Shown here: one piece after another, positions 1 to 14,526 of the stretch
Layout of the letters: the number at the start of each line of letters is the position of its first letter
Position numbering within the stretch: position 1 is the stretch's first letter
Assembly: GCA_030390025.1 (NCBI GenBank)
Contig: CM059429.1
Coordinates: 20,460,001 to 20,524,000, forward strand
Source of the DNA: Squalus acanthias
Taxonomy: Eukaryota
DNA length: 64,000 bases
Reading direction: 5' to 3'
Position numbers and translations under genes: made by a program
Notes under the pieces: model-generated
Databases searched by the model: none
Told to the model about the DNA's origin: nothing
The model's input: the letters and a program-made list of their open reading frames with translations, nothing else

Positions 1-605
1 ACTAGCACCCGCCCTCTCCTGCCTGTACACGTGCCTCAGTGAAGGCTGGATACTGAGCAAGTTGACATACCATCAGAAACAGTTGAAACTGTTACCACAC
101 GAGATGCAGGAAACTGAAGCTCCTGAAACCTCTCTTTGCTAAGCCACAGAGAATTAAAAATATGAAACATACACAACAGTGGCGCAACTTGAGACTGGCA
201 GGCAGGCTGTTGAGTTTGGCTTGATAAAAGGTAGCGCGCTGGAATGAGGTAAAACATCGAAGGAAAGTAAGTGACAGCACCGTTCAGGCCTTTAAACGAC
301 ACTAACTGTAATAACTGAAATCTTGCTCAGATCGAGCATCTCGGTCACACATAATGGAACTGAAGCAACATTGTGACCCCCACCTTCTGACTGAGGAATC
401 AGAAGCTCAGTTGAGAAATATCAAATGCTTGGGACAGTGAAGACAGATCTATTTACCTAAAAACCTGTTTTCTAGTGATTGGATATTAGTGCTTGAAATA
501 AAAAATAATTGCAATAAAATACAATATTGTAACATGCTGTGGGAATAGTTCAGTAAAAAATGAAGCATTAACTAAACCTTTGCCACTAAATTGCACATCA
601 ACTTA

Positions 606-806
<201 letters not shown>

Positions 807-1487
807 TTATTAACCATTATGGAGTACAAATGGAAATAGTCATGTTTAGAGAATACTGGTTACCAGGCAGTGATTAAAATGCTGTAACCTAATAAAAGAG
901 TTCAGATGTAATAAAGAGAAAGCTGGAAAAATGCGATTCGGAAGTCTCTGCTCATATCCTAACGGGCACAGGGCCAAAACATGAACTTCTCCAGAATTTA
1001 GTACTAATTGAAAATGTGACATGGAAAAAAATAATCACACTGGTACGTACGGGAAGATCTGGTCTTCTGAGATTGGGCTAAGGCACGTTGGCAAAGGAGC
1101 AGAGCTTTTCTTTGCGTCTAGCCATGGTACACATGATTTGGAAGTGCTCAGTGCTGACAGTGGGAGCCAAATAATGGAAATACCCCAGGAAATACCCTGG
1201 CAATGAGTCCAAAAATTGACCAAAATTGATGAATGGGAACAATTTCAGGATAGTAACCCCTTGAGTCCTCAAAAGACTTTTCCAGCTTTCAAAATATACA
1301 GCCTTTATATTCAACACCAGCTGCAAAAATGAGAGTATGGGATGTCCACTTGCAGATTTGATAATTTTCACAATGAGGAACAGGTATGTGTGAGTTAGAA
1401 CCTGTGGCATTCATGTGTCCTAACTACATAATATAAAGTGTCTGTGGATCAGAAACTGAAATTCATGGATTTTGGATGTCTTGTGGG

Positions 1488-1632
1488 CAATGTTCCCTCT
1501 AATTTTTTGGGGGGGACGCGCGGCCCCTTTAACGGGCTGCGTGGCACATTCAAATTTCCGCGCAGGCGCGGTTTTTCCATTCCAAAGCCGGTGACCTCCA
1601 GACCGCTGCGCGGCCGCTTAATGGGAACATTG
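1488..1632. mobile_element. hAT-superfamily MITE, 145 bp
   Basis: TIR CAATGTTCCC / GGGAACATTG; perfect 8-bp TSD CTTGTGGG (1480-1487, 1633-1640). Confidence 0.92.
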
Positions 1633-2986
1633 CTTGTGGGGAGTATGACCCTCTTCCACTGAGCCACAGAATTAGACTGATTTGATCTTCAATGAATGAA
1701 GCTTTGCATTCAAAAATGGATGACCCCTGTTGCATTGCTTCCGCAGGAATTCTAGTGGATTGAGGCATTTGAAAAGCATAAACTCAATTTGTCTTTAAAA
1801 AGTGGGGGGGGGGGGGGGGGGGGGGAGGCGGTGGTGGGTAGAGAAAAGAAACAGTTTCCATTTCCCAGAACTGATAACCCTCTGGAGTACAATCTGAAAA
1901 AGGAAAAGCGGATTAGAAATAAAAATGTTTTGCAGTGAGGCCTTTTCATGTTTCTGGCCATTTTCTAGGAAAGAACTGGTTTACGTTAGAAGGCTTTGAA
2001 AAACAGATGGTTTTATTATTTACTGAGATTTTGTTTATCAGCCCTAGAACTGCCAGCGTTGCTATTTGCATCCACTATGTTGACATTATGGCCACACTGA
2101 CACAGCCCCGCGCTTTATATTTAAAATCCTGCCGGCTGAGCTCGTGAATCACCAGGTCAGCTTGGTGGCACAAATATAAACCTGTATATTATTCCCAAAG
2201 ATCTTATAAATTTTAGAAAACCAACATTAACTCTGAAAAACAAGTAGAGGACAGTAATTCTTTCACGTTAATCAGGCGGAGGCCCAGTTTTCCCGTTAAT
2301 TTTTTTTTTTAATCATGTCCGTGTTTCACGTAATTACTGGGAAATGTAACAAACTGCCTGTGTTTTCAAGCCAGATCCTAAACACATTTTCCATACATTA
2401 ACTGAAGGGCCTGAAAGACATCACTGTTGCAGAACTCCACTAAGGATTAATTTTATATTTTTAATTGAATTTGCATAATGTTTTGGCTTTATTTGAACAT
2501 GTCAATATCACAGGAAATCCTATAAATCAATTTTGGTTTTTTTTTAAATAGGAACGTTAATTTAAAGAAATACAGTGCATGTCCATATCCAAGGCCGTAT
2601 TTCCTGTAACATTGCCAATTTCACGCGATTTAATCAGATTTGTTTTTTGTGTTGGTCGTTTAATAGCTCTGACTCAAAAGCGCCTTTGACATTCATACTG
2701 GATTGCTCACCCTGCACAATTCTGTTTACTCCCTCCAAAAAAAACATCTTTCATCAAGTCACTCTCCTTGGTTAAGGGACCTGCAGCAATTTATTTTCTA
2801 AATTAAATGATTCTTGATGAGGTGTTGGTAATTCAGAATTGGGCGTCTTTTTCCTCAGTGCAATGTTCCGACACACCGGTTAAGCTTTCAGAAATATGTC
2901 TCTTCCACTTTCAGGACCGTACATTGTTCAACATTTTTGAAAGCTCGGCTAGCATGTCAGAACAGTACAGTGAGCGAAAACCTATA

Positions 2987-3090
2987 AAAGAAAGACTTGC
3001 ATTTCTATAGCACCTTTCACGACCACCGGACGTCTCAAAGCGCTTTACAGCCAATGAAGTACTTTTGAAGTGTAGTCACTGTTGTAATGT
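2987..3090 (-). mobile_element. SacSINE1-like 3' tail fragment
   Basis: Matches 59666-59770. Confidence 0.8.
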
Positions 3091-3333
3091 CTATACTGAA
3101 AATGTATTTGATCTACCTTGTTTAATGCTGTACTCCCAGGATAGGAACTTTTAACATTTTCCACACTAATGGATTATTACTGAGCATCTAATATCTGCAT
3201 AATGCAGAATAGCATAATGGTGCTTGATGTGTTGAAATAATAACTGTGCCAAGCAGTGATAGGATGTGGGTTCTCACCATTCTACCCATAGTGAGTGTCC
3301 AATTCCATGTCATTGCATGTAGGTGTCAAATGG

Positions 3334-3974
3334 AGGCTAATGGAATGCTGACCTTTAGATCTAGAGGACTAGAATACAAGGGGGTAGAAGTTATGCTGTA
3401 GCTGTACAAAACCATGCTTGGACCACACCTGGAGTACTGGGAGCAGTTCTGGGCACCACACCTTAGGAAGGATAGATTGACCTTGGAGGGAGTGCAGCGT
3501 AGGTTTACCAGAATGATACCCTGACGTCAAGGGTTAAGTTACAAAGAGAGATTACACAAATTAGGGTTGTATTCCCTAGAATTTAGGTTAAGGGGTGCTC
3601 TGATCGAAGTTTGCAAGATATTAAGGGGAACAGATAGGGTAGATAGAAAGAAACTATTTCCTCTGGTTGGGGATTCTAGGACCAGGAGGCATAGTCTAAA
3701 AATTAGAGCCAGACCTTTCAGGAGTGAAATTAGGAAACACCTCTACACACAAAGGGTGGTAGCAGTTTGGAACTCTCTTCTGCAAACGGCAATTGATGCT
3801 AGATCAATTGTTAATTTTAAATCTGAGATTGATAGCTTTTTGTTAACCAAAGGTATTAAGGGATATGGGCCAAAGGCGAGGATATGCAGTTAGGTCGCAG
3901 ATCAGCCATGATCTCATTGAATGGCGGAACGGGCTCGAGGGGCTCAATGGCCTACTCCTGTTCCTATGTTCCTA
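3334..3974 (+). mobile_element. CR1 LINE 3' fragment
   Basis: ORF2 C-terminus remnant (LRGALIEVCKIL...TQRVVAVWNSL) and 3' UTR ending CCTACTCCTGTTCCTATGTTCCTA. Confidence 0.9.
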
Positions 3975-6900
3975 GACCAGAACTTCCTACTGAAAGTGGG
4001 GCAGTCAGTCTCATACATCTCTCAGTAGGGAACAGATGAGCAGAGCTCCAGGACATCTCCCCAACAAGAGAAAGACAGTGGTCAGCACAGAGAAAGTAGT
4101 GGAGCAGAGAATGGGGGATAAAAATAATTAAACAGCTGAGTGCCATAATACTTTCTTCTCTCTCTTAAGTTGACATACATTGTGCTCTATTCCCTGACCA
4201 AGATAGTGGACAACCAACCAGTTCCCAAGCAGTGGCCAATACAATTCTGTAACCAACCATTAAAGGACGTAGGGGTGCAGGCCAGGATCTTTCTGTCCTC
4301 CTTAAGGTGAAGCTCTGTGCTTCCATTGACAGTTAGGCTGAGCTTAGGAATTGAGAAGGAAACGGAGGGTGCAAAGCCATTTTAGGGCTTGAGCACATAA
4401 TCTAGCCGACTCCACTGTAGTATTCAGGAAGCACTGCATTGTTGGAAGTGTCATATTTTGGAAGAAATCTTAAACAGAGATCCCGTCAGCCTGTTCAAGT
4501 GGACATTAAAGATTCCATGACATTATTTGAAAGAGTGCAGGGATTTCTCTCAGTGTTCTGGACAACATTCCTCCCTCAAACCCACCCATCTAAAAACATG
4601 TTGACTGTTGTTCATCTCATCATAAGTTGTTACTGGTGCAAAATGACTGCCACATTTACCTACATATCGTTGATGACAAGCAAAAATGTCTGTATATATG
4701 CAAGTGTTATTAGTAAATTACTAAGCTGTATCACACTGCTATAACTGGGCGACATTAACTTCTTACAATTAAGATTAGAAAGCCTCATCAACTAGCAGAT
4801 TTGGTTAAGGCTTAAACATACAGAAATCCTACACAATATTTATATCAAAGCAGTTTGTATTAAGGACCATTTTAAATCACCAGCAGGATTGATGTGTAAA
4901 AACAGTACACGGAGGAGAGAGGGACTGGTGTATATTTGATTTTTTTTTTCCAAAAAACAAAAATCAAAACCCCTCATTCACTATTAATTACCAAGCCTGA
5001 TGATCTGGTTTGGCTTAGCTCAATCCCAACTGACATTTTAAATTGAATCAATGGTGAAACCTGAATATGTGAGCCAAACTTTTTATAGCACTCTCTTGGC
5101 TGTTTGTACACTCTTGACTGTGTTGAATTTTTTTTTTAAAGTTCGTTAATAGCAGTCACTATTTAATTAATAACATCTCAAAAGGGATGTTTTGACTGTG
5201 AAAGAAGTTGCTTGAAATCATATAAAACACTCAGGTCTGTGAATTTTTTTTTTTTACAAGCACCCAGTCCAACTGGAACACAACCAGTACTTATCTGGTG
5301 CCTGCTTATTTTTAGACTTCTAAAATCAGCAAGTATTCTGTGGTCTGGTGTGTTCGGTGCTTCAGGTTCATTATGGATTGTACTCCTCGTGATTTTAGTC
5401 TTTGTGAATTATAAATGCACTATAACGTTATTGGAATCTTAATAGATCTGTGGGAGTGTGACATATCTTCCTCTCCCTTAATGCAAAATAAAAATAATAA
5501 ATATTGAAGTCACTGAAAATGAATAACAACAGTGCTGACAGCACAGTATTTTTGTAAATTAAAAAGGGAGATGAGTGGTTGTGACAATACAATGGATCAA
5601 ACGGTTGATCTGCTGCACCACAAGTATGTGGTCTATCTACAAGTCCCTATTTCCGTGATACTCCTAATATTGCCTTGGCACTTGTGGTCTGTCTCCCCTT
5701 CACCTGTAGTCCTCAGCAGATGTGCTGATTCACATTTTGGGACCTTAATTCACAGCCTGCCTTGCCCACGTTGTCCAGGGTAGATTCGGTGTTGGTCCAT
5801 CTTCTTATTCTTCACCACAAAAAGGTAAATGAATGTTATTAGGAGTCAGTGTTTTCCCACTTTCCATAGACCAAGCAATTAGAACCATTGGACCACACGT
5901 TTTATTTTGTCTTTCTCTTGCTGTAGACAGTGCCTGTCTGCTTCACAATTTCCCACCGTGACGTTATTGCAACCAAGGGCTCACCATGTGAGGAAGCGCA
6001 GGCACAGATCTGGGTCTATTCACTTTGCTGCTGTAACATTCCTGAGAGAAAACCTTCAGCCAACACATTGGTTGGGATTGTGGCCCCTGACAAAAAGTTA
6101 ATGAGTAGCTACTGTATGTGACAAGTCTCTGATTGCAGACAGGCTGTCAGAGGTGGCACTAAATGGAAGCCAAGCTCTTCCCAAAGGTTGAGATGGAACG
6201 TGAAAAATATCAGAAGACCAACATTACTAAAACCACAAGACTGAATTACAGTTTGAAACTCAATTCCAGACATTTTGTTTGAGAAATTGTTTGCTTATTA
6301 CAAAGATGTGGCATGTCAGTCTTGCGCAATGGGGCACTTGTCTACCTTTAGCACTCCTAGGTCAGGTTGGAATATGCGGGGTCTGTGGAAGCTCACCTAA
6401 TCTGCATAGGGGCTGTGGACACCTGTGCCACTGGGGTGCATCTCGGGCACCTGCCTGTTCCCACAGGCCAGAAAGTCTAGTGGTGTTTGACAATTATGGA
6501 AGGGGAAGGGAGTGCTAGGGCACCTCCAGAAACTTGCTCACATTGCTCCTTTATAAGGGGGGTCAAACAATTCCCCTCAAATTTCTTACCTGTTTGAGGG
6601 TACAGGTCACGGTCAAAGCCTGAATCCCCAGGCAGCCCTTACTTCCACCAAGGAGGGAGGCTGGTCTGCGCTCCTCTTTGGATGGACCAGCCTCTGGAAA
6701 TGTTGCGACCTTCTGCGAGGCTAAGAACGGCCAACGTAGGGAGTCCCTGGCACTGACCACTCCCTCGCCGTGTCATTAGCTTGGAGGCTCCGCCCTTACA
6801 AGGCCCCATAGGATCTCCCATTGGAGGCAGAGACCCAGAATACCTTCTGGCCTCAACACCTCACTCTGCTCGAGCTACAGCCGAGGATTTTGGGCCCTAA

Positions 6901-7133
6901 TATGCTTAACCCTAGCCTCAGAACGGCATGCCCTATTGAATTAGTGGAGCATTTATTTTCTTGCACTCTCTCTCCTAATGCCTTCTTTAAATGAGACAGC
7001 TTATTTATTATTCTTTACATTGTGTATAATACAGTATGTTTTGATTTTTAAAGTTTATCTTTTACTTTTGTAACAGAATTCTGTATAATGTGGTCTTCTT
7101 AATTTGCATCTGTTGAAAATGAGGCAAAATATA

Positions 7134-7469
7134 AAAAGAATTTGCATTTATATCGCGCCTTTCACAACCTCAGGGCGTCCCAAAGCGCTTCACAGTCAAT
7201 GAAGTACTTTGGAAGTGTAATCACTGTTGTAATGTAGGGAAAGGCCGCAGCCAATGTGTCCACAGAAAGCTCCCACAAACAGCAATGAAATAAAAGACCA
7301 GATCATCTGGTTTTGTGATGTTGGTGGAGGGAAAATTGTTGGCTAGGGCACTGGGAGAACTCCTCTGCTCTTCTTCAAATAGTGTCATGGATCGTTCATG
7401 TCCACCCGAGAGGGAAGACAGAGTCTCGGTTAAAAATCTTATCCGAAAGAGGGCACCTCCAACAGTGCA
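7134..7469 (-). mobile_element. SacSINE1-like SINE, 5'-truncated
   Basis: Same consensus tail and central domain. Confidence 0.85.
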
Positions 7470-7637
7470 GGTCTTCGCTCTTTCCTATGGAGCCACTCTG
7501 GATCACGAGAATGTTCCCTGACAGTGATGTCACTGCAGTAGCCCAGCAAGTAGGAAGACTCAGCTTGAGGGTCACCGTGCAGGTAAGAAGGTCGACAGTT
7601 TTTGCAAAAGGATCGATCAGATTCTTGCAAGTACAGT

Positions 7638-8378
7638 GGCCCAAAAATTCGTGAGGAAGCCTTCGTGCGAGGGTAAGGCTTCCCCGCGATCTCTCACTGC
7701 GCGTTGGCTTTTTCAGTTCCAGCTCGCACGAACTTGATGTTCTGGACAGCTGCTGTGCTGGGCTTGCGTATCCCACAGGCGTAGTTAATTCGTGCGAGCT
7801 GTGGGTTCACGTGACTCAGTTAGAGCCAATGGCAGCACACCATCTTCCATTCATAACTTTCACATAAGTGCTGTGAAAGCTATGAATACTATAGCCCCCC
7901 AAAATAACAGCTAAACCTCAATTAAATTTTAAAAAAAAAATCACATTAATAAAATAAGTATAGTTAAATAAATTAACCATTTTAAATAAAAAATTAAATT
8001 TTTGAAAAAATTTAAATCTTTTAAAAAGTTATAAAAATAAACTTACCTGTCTTTAAAGTCTCTAAAAAAGATATACCTGTTAAAAAAAATTCAAAATAAT
8101 ACTTAATTCACTACTTACCTTGTTAAAGTGGGTCTTACTCCTCCTTTTTTTGTGTGTAAAATCTTCCATACTTACCTGCGCGTTGAAACCACTAAGTGCA
8201 CTGCATGCGCGCAGCCTGTAGCGCGCACTGCGGTTCACCTAGGAACCGCCCCCTTTTCCATTCACCAAGTGCCGGTTTTCAGCGCATGCGCGGTGCATGC
8301 AGAAAACCGGCGATTGGAGACAGAATACGCGAGAGTACGCAGTGCGTACTCTCGCGTAGCGGCACTAATTTTTGGGCC
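7638..8378. mobile_element. Harbinger-type MITE with an AT-rich core
   Basis: TIR GGCCCAAAAATTCGTG / CACTAATTTTTGGGCC (15/16); flanks AGT/ATT; CpG-rich palindromic arms. Confidence 0.82.
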
Positions 8379-9648
8379 ATTATTTGTTTCTATAAAATGG
8401 GTGGAGTACTTTGAACAGAAAGTACTTACCCTGGACTTTCTTTCCCATTAACACCTTCTTGTATTTTGTTGGTGCATAGCTTTAAGAGTTGCAGTCTAGA
8501 ATGTGTTTACTTGTGTTTCTATCATACTTCCAAACAATTGAATTTAAAAGCAAATTCAAAACTAATGCAATCAGAAATTAGTCAGCTGCTCTGGAGAAGG
8601 AATATAATGCACAAACAGCACAATGTAGGTGAAATGGTAATAAAGATGACAGCTATATAAAAGCTGAAAGCACACGGCATTGTAAGATTAATATGCCCTC
8701 TGCTCCTTCATCACAATATAATGTTGTCATGTTATTTTAGTAGCGAGTTACTGAGATGTAACTATACATATATTGCTGTCTCATTTATGAGCCAAAACTT
8801 TGTAGAAGGTCACACACAGTAACACAGCAACAGAAACTCCTTAGACAGAAAAATGGTAATACTCACAAATAGACCGCAAAATCATGGAGGTTTATAGGTG
8901 TGAAATTTAGCCAGTCTCAAAATATTTGCAGTGCAAACATTTTTAGGTTAACAGTACTGGCTGTATAAACTGTTGATTTTAAGCTGACTAAAGGTGATGG
9001 CAGGCGTACATGTAGACAATGTTCATACTGTTTCCCTCCGAGATTTAGAATTCCGGTCAGGTTGGTGCTCTACTAATCAAAATGGCAAACAGAGCATATA
9101 TAGATGCATGGCTTTATCTGATGCCCGATGCAATGAAGTTGGAGAACAAAGCATGTATCTCTTGTTCTACACATGACAGCTCCCTTATTGCTGCAATGTA
9201 ATGAAGACAAGATGCACAGCAGATTTCCAGCTGTTTGCGGGGGGAAGGGGAAATCTAGACTGCGAGTTACTGTACGCCAAATTTTTCAGACCTCCTGGCA
9301 GCTGGAAGCACTGGCAGACAATTGGGATCAGGTCTCCTGCCAATCCCCATGGCCAAGAGTGTGTGGTGCAGAGAGGAAAGGGTGACAAAAATATCTTTTA
9401 GAAACCTTTAATTATATAAGATAAGGATAGGGGAAAATAATAAACAATAATCAGAAAATGTGGAAGCCAGTATGCGATGGCGTTGGAAGTGCAGCGTGCT
9501 ATCGCACGAAACAGTAAGACGTTGGTGTGCACTTACAGTATCTCAGCTGTGCTACTGGGAGAAGCAAAGAAGGGGGTTTCCAGGCACTGCCCCATAGAGA
9601 GAGAAGGCGAATCTAAGGAAAACAAATCAGCCTAGGGCCACTCTCTCA

Positions 9649-9966
<318 letters not shown>

Positions 9967-11039
9967 CTAGAGAGACATGAGAAAAGTTCATAGCTTGCAT
10001 GAGGAATAACATGATTTAGAGATTACTCTTAATTTAAACATTTTTAACATATGTATCCAACGCACTCTTTCTCGACATCCTAATTCTCAAAAGAATACTT
10101 AAAGGGATTAGTTGTAAAATTTGGCCAACCATTGACATATTTTTAGTCTGAGAGGTGAACACAAGCTCTCTCTGCAGTGCAGAGTTGGTATTAGTGAATA
10201 ATCCTCTACATACATTTATGAGTCAATAATACGAAGAAACGAAACATAGTAAAAAAAATAGAAAATTTGAACTTAAAGCTACAGCACTTCTCGTGTGAGA
10301 AAACTAGAACTGTAACGTCCATATTTTACATACTAGATTTGGCATGCATGAGCAAATAACAGTGGAATCCACCCCAAGTGCAAAACTGGGTCTGCGCTCA
10401 ATTCAACGGCCTTGCATTTCGCCGTCGGTGGCGTAGCTAAGGAGTACAAGGAAGGAGACAGCGGAAGGAAATCCGCACAGACCTCGTGCGAATCCCCCTT
10501 CGAGAACTTGTTTTCAAACGCTGCAAAGCTGTGCCCAGCATAGTGCCCCACGGAGCCCAGGAGCACACCGTTGTGCGTATGTGAACCTGGGATCACAATG
10601 CTGCTTTCACTTCCTGACTCTTAGCCAATTGCCAATCCAATACTCGAGAAGTGAAATTCTGGGTAAACGGGTCATGCGACCAGTGTGGTTTTCATTGAGC
10701 CAACTTTTTATGTTGGAAATATCACTATTATACAATGTAAGATCTATTTGCTAGGTTGAAGTGGTAATTTTTTATTTTAATTGGTTAATATAGAAACCCT
10801 AGGTGACTGTAGCCAGTGTTTAAGGCACACTGAATAGATTTGAAAAGAGTTTCCTGGCTGTGCTTGAAAACATCGCAGTTCGCTCACATTAACTAAATCA
10901 ACCATCAACATTAAACTGTTAGGGTTAACCAAATAGAAAACAATTGAAACAACTGTAGAAATAATAAGACAGTTAATGAAACCTAATGCTGTGGAACAGG
11001 CTTCTTGCGCCTGTTCGCACCAGACTTAATTTTTTTTTT

Positions 11040-11275
11040 AGTGTAATTACCTCGCAGTAGGCGGGCAATTAGCCCAACTTTTCGCCAGCACATTCAGTTT
11101 TATGAGGAGGCGAAAGACGCAGTGAAGCATATGCGCAGTCGGAACTTGACAGATCACAAGTTCGGCATTTAACGCATGCGCATCCCAAACTTGCGGTCAG
11201 TTTCAAAGGTGGTATGGCGGTGTACTCTGAGTACGCCGTCATTCCGACCGTAAATTCAGAATCATTATTACAGGG
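11040..11275. mobile_element. Degenerate right arm of a MITE related to copies A and B
   Basis: Shares TTGCGGTCAGTTTCAAAGG...CGCCGTCAT..GACCG.AAATTC with the right ends of 11716-13511 and 39753-41044; left boundary uncertain. Confidence 0.55.
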
Positions 11276-12372
11276 AAGGAATGAAAATCTAAAAGGAGAA
11301 CCATCCTTGCATCTTCTGCACACTGTCTGGTAGTCAGCTATGGTGCAGGTCTGGAAACAGGTCTATGTGCCGACCTTCCAGCCAGCGGAAGTGTGTAATG
11401 CATGGAGACAGAAAGGGGGGGGGGGCGGGGGGGAAGGGCAAAGCAAAATTTTTAAAAGTTAATACAATTAAAATCATTGACTGCAATTCCTACAAGGTGA
11501 ATCAAAAATCTGCAAAGGCCATTTGGGGGAATTACTGAGCAGTGACTAAGTGCTTTCCCACAAGAGAGGGGAAAATTGGAGAGCGAGTCAACCCAGGCTG
11601 CAGCCACATTCCTTCTAGTGGCTGGTTACACAATGGCTTTGGCAGAATGCCCATGAACAGGTCTGCCCTCACTGCAGGGGAAATGAGAGGGTCCTGAGAA
11701 AAATACTTTCATAATGGCCTGGAATTTGCAGTCAGCAGTGAAGCAATGACGTTCGCCGCTGGCCCCAAAGTACGCTTCGCACAAAGATCTCGCGATCTCT
11801 GTGTCGAGAAGTTCGGGTTTTCCCGACGTGTAATTCAAATCAACGTAGTATAGTGGGAATCCCATAGTGCGAGCTGCTGTGACGTCAACAAGCTGTCTAA
11901 GCAGCCAATCAAAATGCTGAATTTTCATAGACAGCAAACCAGGAAGTGGGTAAGCTCTTAAAATTCTAACTCTTTAAAAATGTTAGCGAGAGCAAAACAA
12001 AGATTTGGGGCTCTCACATGGGGAAAAGGCAAACCTGAAATATAGATGCACAAACATTAAAAAAAATTGTTTTAAGTTTCTTAATTGTAATTTTTATAAA
12101 AATGGATAAATTTGACACTGCACAAAATTAAAATTAGTTTTTCAGGGCCATAACCTTTGTTTAGCAGTCAATACGCTGTTAAAACCCCAGTTACACCTAA
12201 TCCCTTTGGGTCTAACATTTAGTGGGGAATTTAAAAGCGGTATTACTGCGGAAGAGCCGCAGTTTTCGTCAGTTTCCCTGATTTGAGAGATTTCACTGAT
12301 TGCCGGCTCTGTGGGGGGGGAGGGGGGGGATCAGCGCAGACTGTGGAGGAGCAGTGGATGACAGACCGCAAC

Positions 12373-12591
12373 TGACATGAATCTATCATTAATGACTTAT
12401 GAAATAATACTGAGTGGCCTGCGGGTGGCACTGTCCAGGGAGAGTATAAATACTCGGGCACGGGCCCAGCTTGCGCAGGACATTCTTAACAGGAACTAGT
12501 GAAGGACACAACTAGACCTCCATGTTGTAAAACAGTTGATTAAAGCTTTGTTTAACACTTAGACCAAGTGCCTAGTAGTTTTCTTACGTCA
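12373..12591 (+). mobile_element. Solo LTR, 219 bp
   Basis: TGAC...GTCA ends; perfect 5-bp TSD GCAAC (12368-12372, 12592-12596); TATAAATA at 12445; ATTAAA at 12539; absent from MITE copy B. Confidence 0.85.
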
Positions 12592-12618
12592 GCAACTTTA
12601 GCATTTCCGCATGCGCTT

Positions 12619-13410
12619 TGTAAGAAATCGTGGATTGAAAGAAATAATAGTCTGTTACGGGTTCCCTAGATCAGAAGTTTGCCTAAGTTGATGACACAGG
12701 AAGATTCCAGTCATGTCAGAAAAATAGCTGTACAGAGAGCTGAATTACGAGGTCAGAACACAAACACAGGCCTTTGAGTGGGCATAGCTAGGCCTGATAA
12801 GGGATGCAGCAAGGAGCTCTAGGATAAATAAGTTGTCTACGAGAGGGCAGCATGACCTTTAGAACAGAGATAAGGAGGAAAATGACCTCATGAGGCTGGG
12901 AGGGGGCTGTCAGAGTTAGCCTCTCCCTTGTAATTGGACAATGGGATGGGTAAAAATGAACACCACCAGGTATCCACCAGCCCATCGAAATAAGGTATAA
13001 AAACAGACGGCAGAGAGGAAAACAGGCAGTTAGGGGGTGAAGGCTTCCCCGAGGTGGCTACGGTCTAACACCTTGGTTAAGTTTAGCCTCTGAGGTGGAT
13101 CAATGCTGGCTGACGGCCTAACACCTCCAACAGCTCGAGGGACGACCCAACGGAAGTGACCGCTGCCACAGGACTGCAGGAATCCACCCAATCCGGGACC
13201 ACTGTACTGCCTCACTGTCCATTTCGTTCCGTTCCGTTCCAGAGCCGTAGATCGCCCTCATCGGTCACGGGTTGTATGTCTACTGTATCTATTTCAATCG
13301 CATGCAGTAGTATCTGAGTTATGCTTAAACTGAAGCTCTCTAATAAAAAGCCTTACAACTCCTAAGACCCTTTGGGTAATCTGTGTGTGACCTATGATCC
13401 AAATCTTACA
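12619..13410 (+). mobile_element. Solo LTR, 792 bp (ERV or Gypsy-type, superfamily undetermined)
   Basis: TGTAAGA...TCTTACA inverted ends; 4-bp flanks GCTT/GCCT; TATAAAA at 12996; AATAAA at 13342; absent from MITE copy B. Confidence 0.82.
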
Positions 13411-13727
13411 GCCTGCATATGCGCTAAATCCTGAGGTTGCGGTCAGTTTAAGAGGAGAAATGACGGCGAACGCTGTCAGTTCGCCGTCATCAGGACCGCA
13501 AATTCTGGGCCAATATTTACACTTGTCCATCAGCATATAGCATATTTAGCCTATACAGCACTGTAAATGGAGCATTGATGAGTTCGTAAAATATCTAGTG
13601 CAGGTAGCTTTATGATCAGATTCTCCTCTATTTTTTAAATCATTTTTGCAACATTTCCTTCCAGTTAGTATGAGCAAGCAGTTCTCACATCCAAACCGAA
13701 CCACAGACTCACCCTTCTCTCTACTCA

Positions 13728-13940
<213 letters not shown>

Positions 13941-14526
13941 TCAACAATGTCTGGGTTTGCCCACTGCACGCAGAGAATAATGACTCTGTTTCTCAGTGTT
14001 AAGACTGAATACTTGCAGAATTACTATCATTCTCATTTGGAAACTGCATTTTTTACAAAAACAAATAAATACTCAGAACAAAGGATGACTTTTCTGAAAT
14101 CAAATAAAGTTGTCTTGGATAACTTATTCTTTAGGGTTAATGCAAATTACACAGATTTCAGTTTGGCGTTAAAACTGAACGGAACTATTACCTAGATCTA
14201 CTGGCTGTATTATATTCACGACTATAGATAGACTATTCAGCAGATTGTTATTATTCAATGGTTTTTTTCCATTTCCCTAATGCATTTAGGTGTGGACTGA
14301 GACTGATTTCCTGCTTTGCTCAATCTCCAGAAATGCCTCAGTAATGCCCCACCCAAAACAGCTGTTTTTGAGTATGCTCACCAACTGTGAGGCTAAATTC
14401 CATCTTAAACTTCTTCCTCCCCATATAATTTTTCTCCCATTACTGGTTCTTGCCCGGTCATACACCATCTGCATCCAAGTGGGAGCCTTGTGCCTTCCTG
14501 CCTTCTAAGTCTCCTTAAAAAATATT

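Larger units (their letters stand above)
11716..13511. mobile_element. Harbinger-type MITE (family copy A) containing two solo LTRs
   Basis: TIR GGCCTGGAATTTGCAGTC / GACCGCAAATTCTGGGCC; TSD AAT on both sides; colinear with copy B at 39753-41044. Confidence 0.88.

Noticed and set aside
1050-1200. Possible LF-SINE-like ancient repeat (related sequence at about 43900-44070, minus)
   Set aside because: The resemblance is from memory and too diverged to support without an alignment.
1804-1838. Poly-G runs as G-quadruplex elements (also near 11415 and 40858)
   Set aside because: Simple homopolymer runs of uncertain length with no other support.
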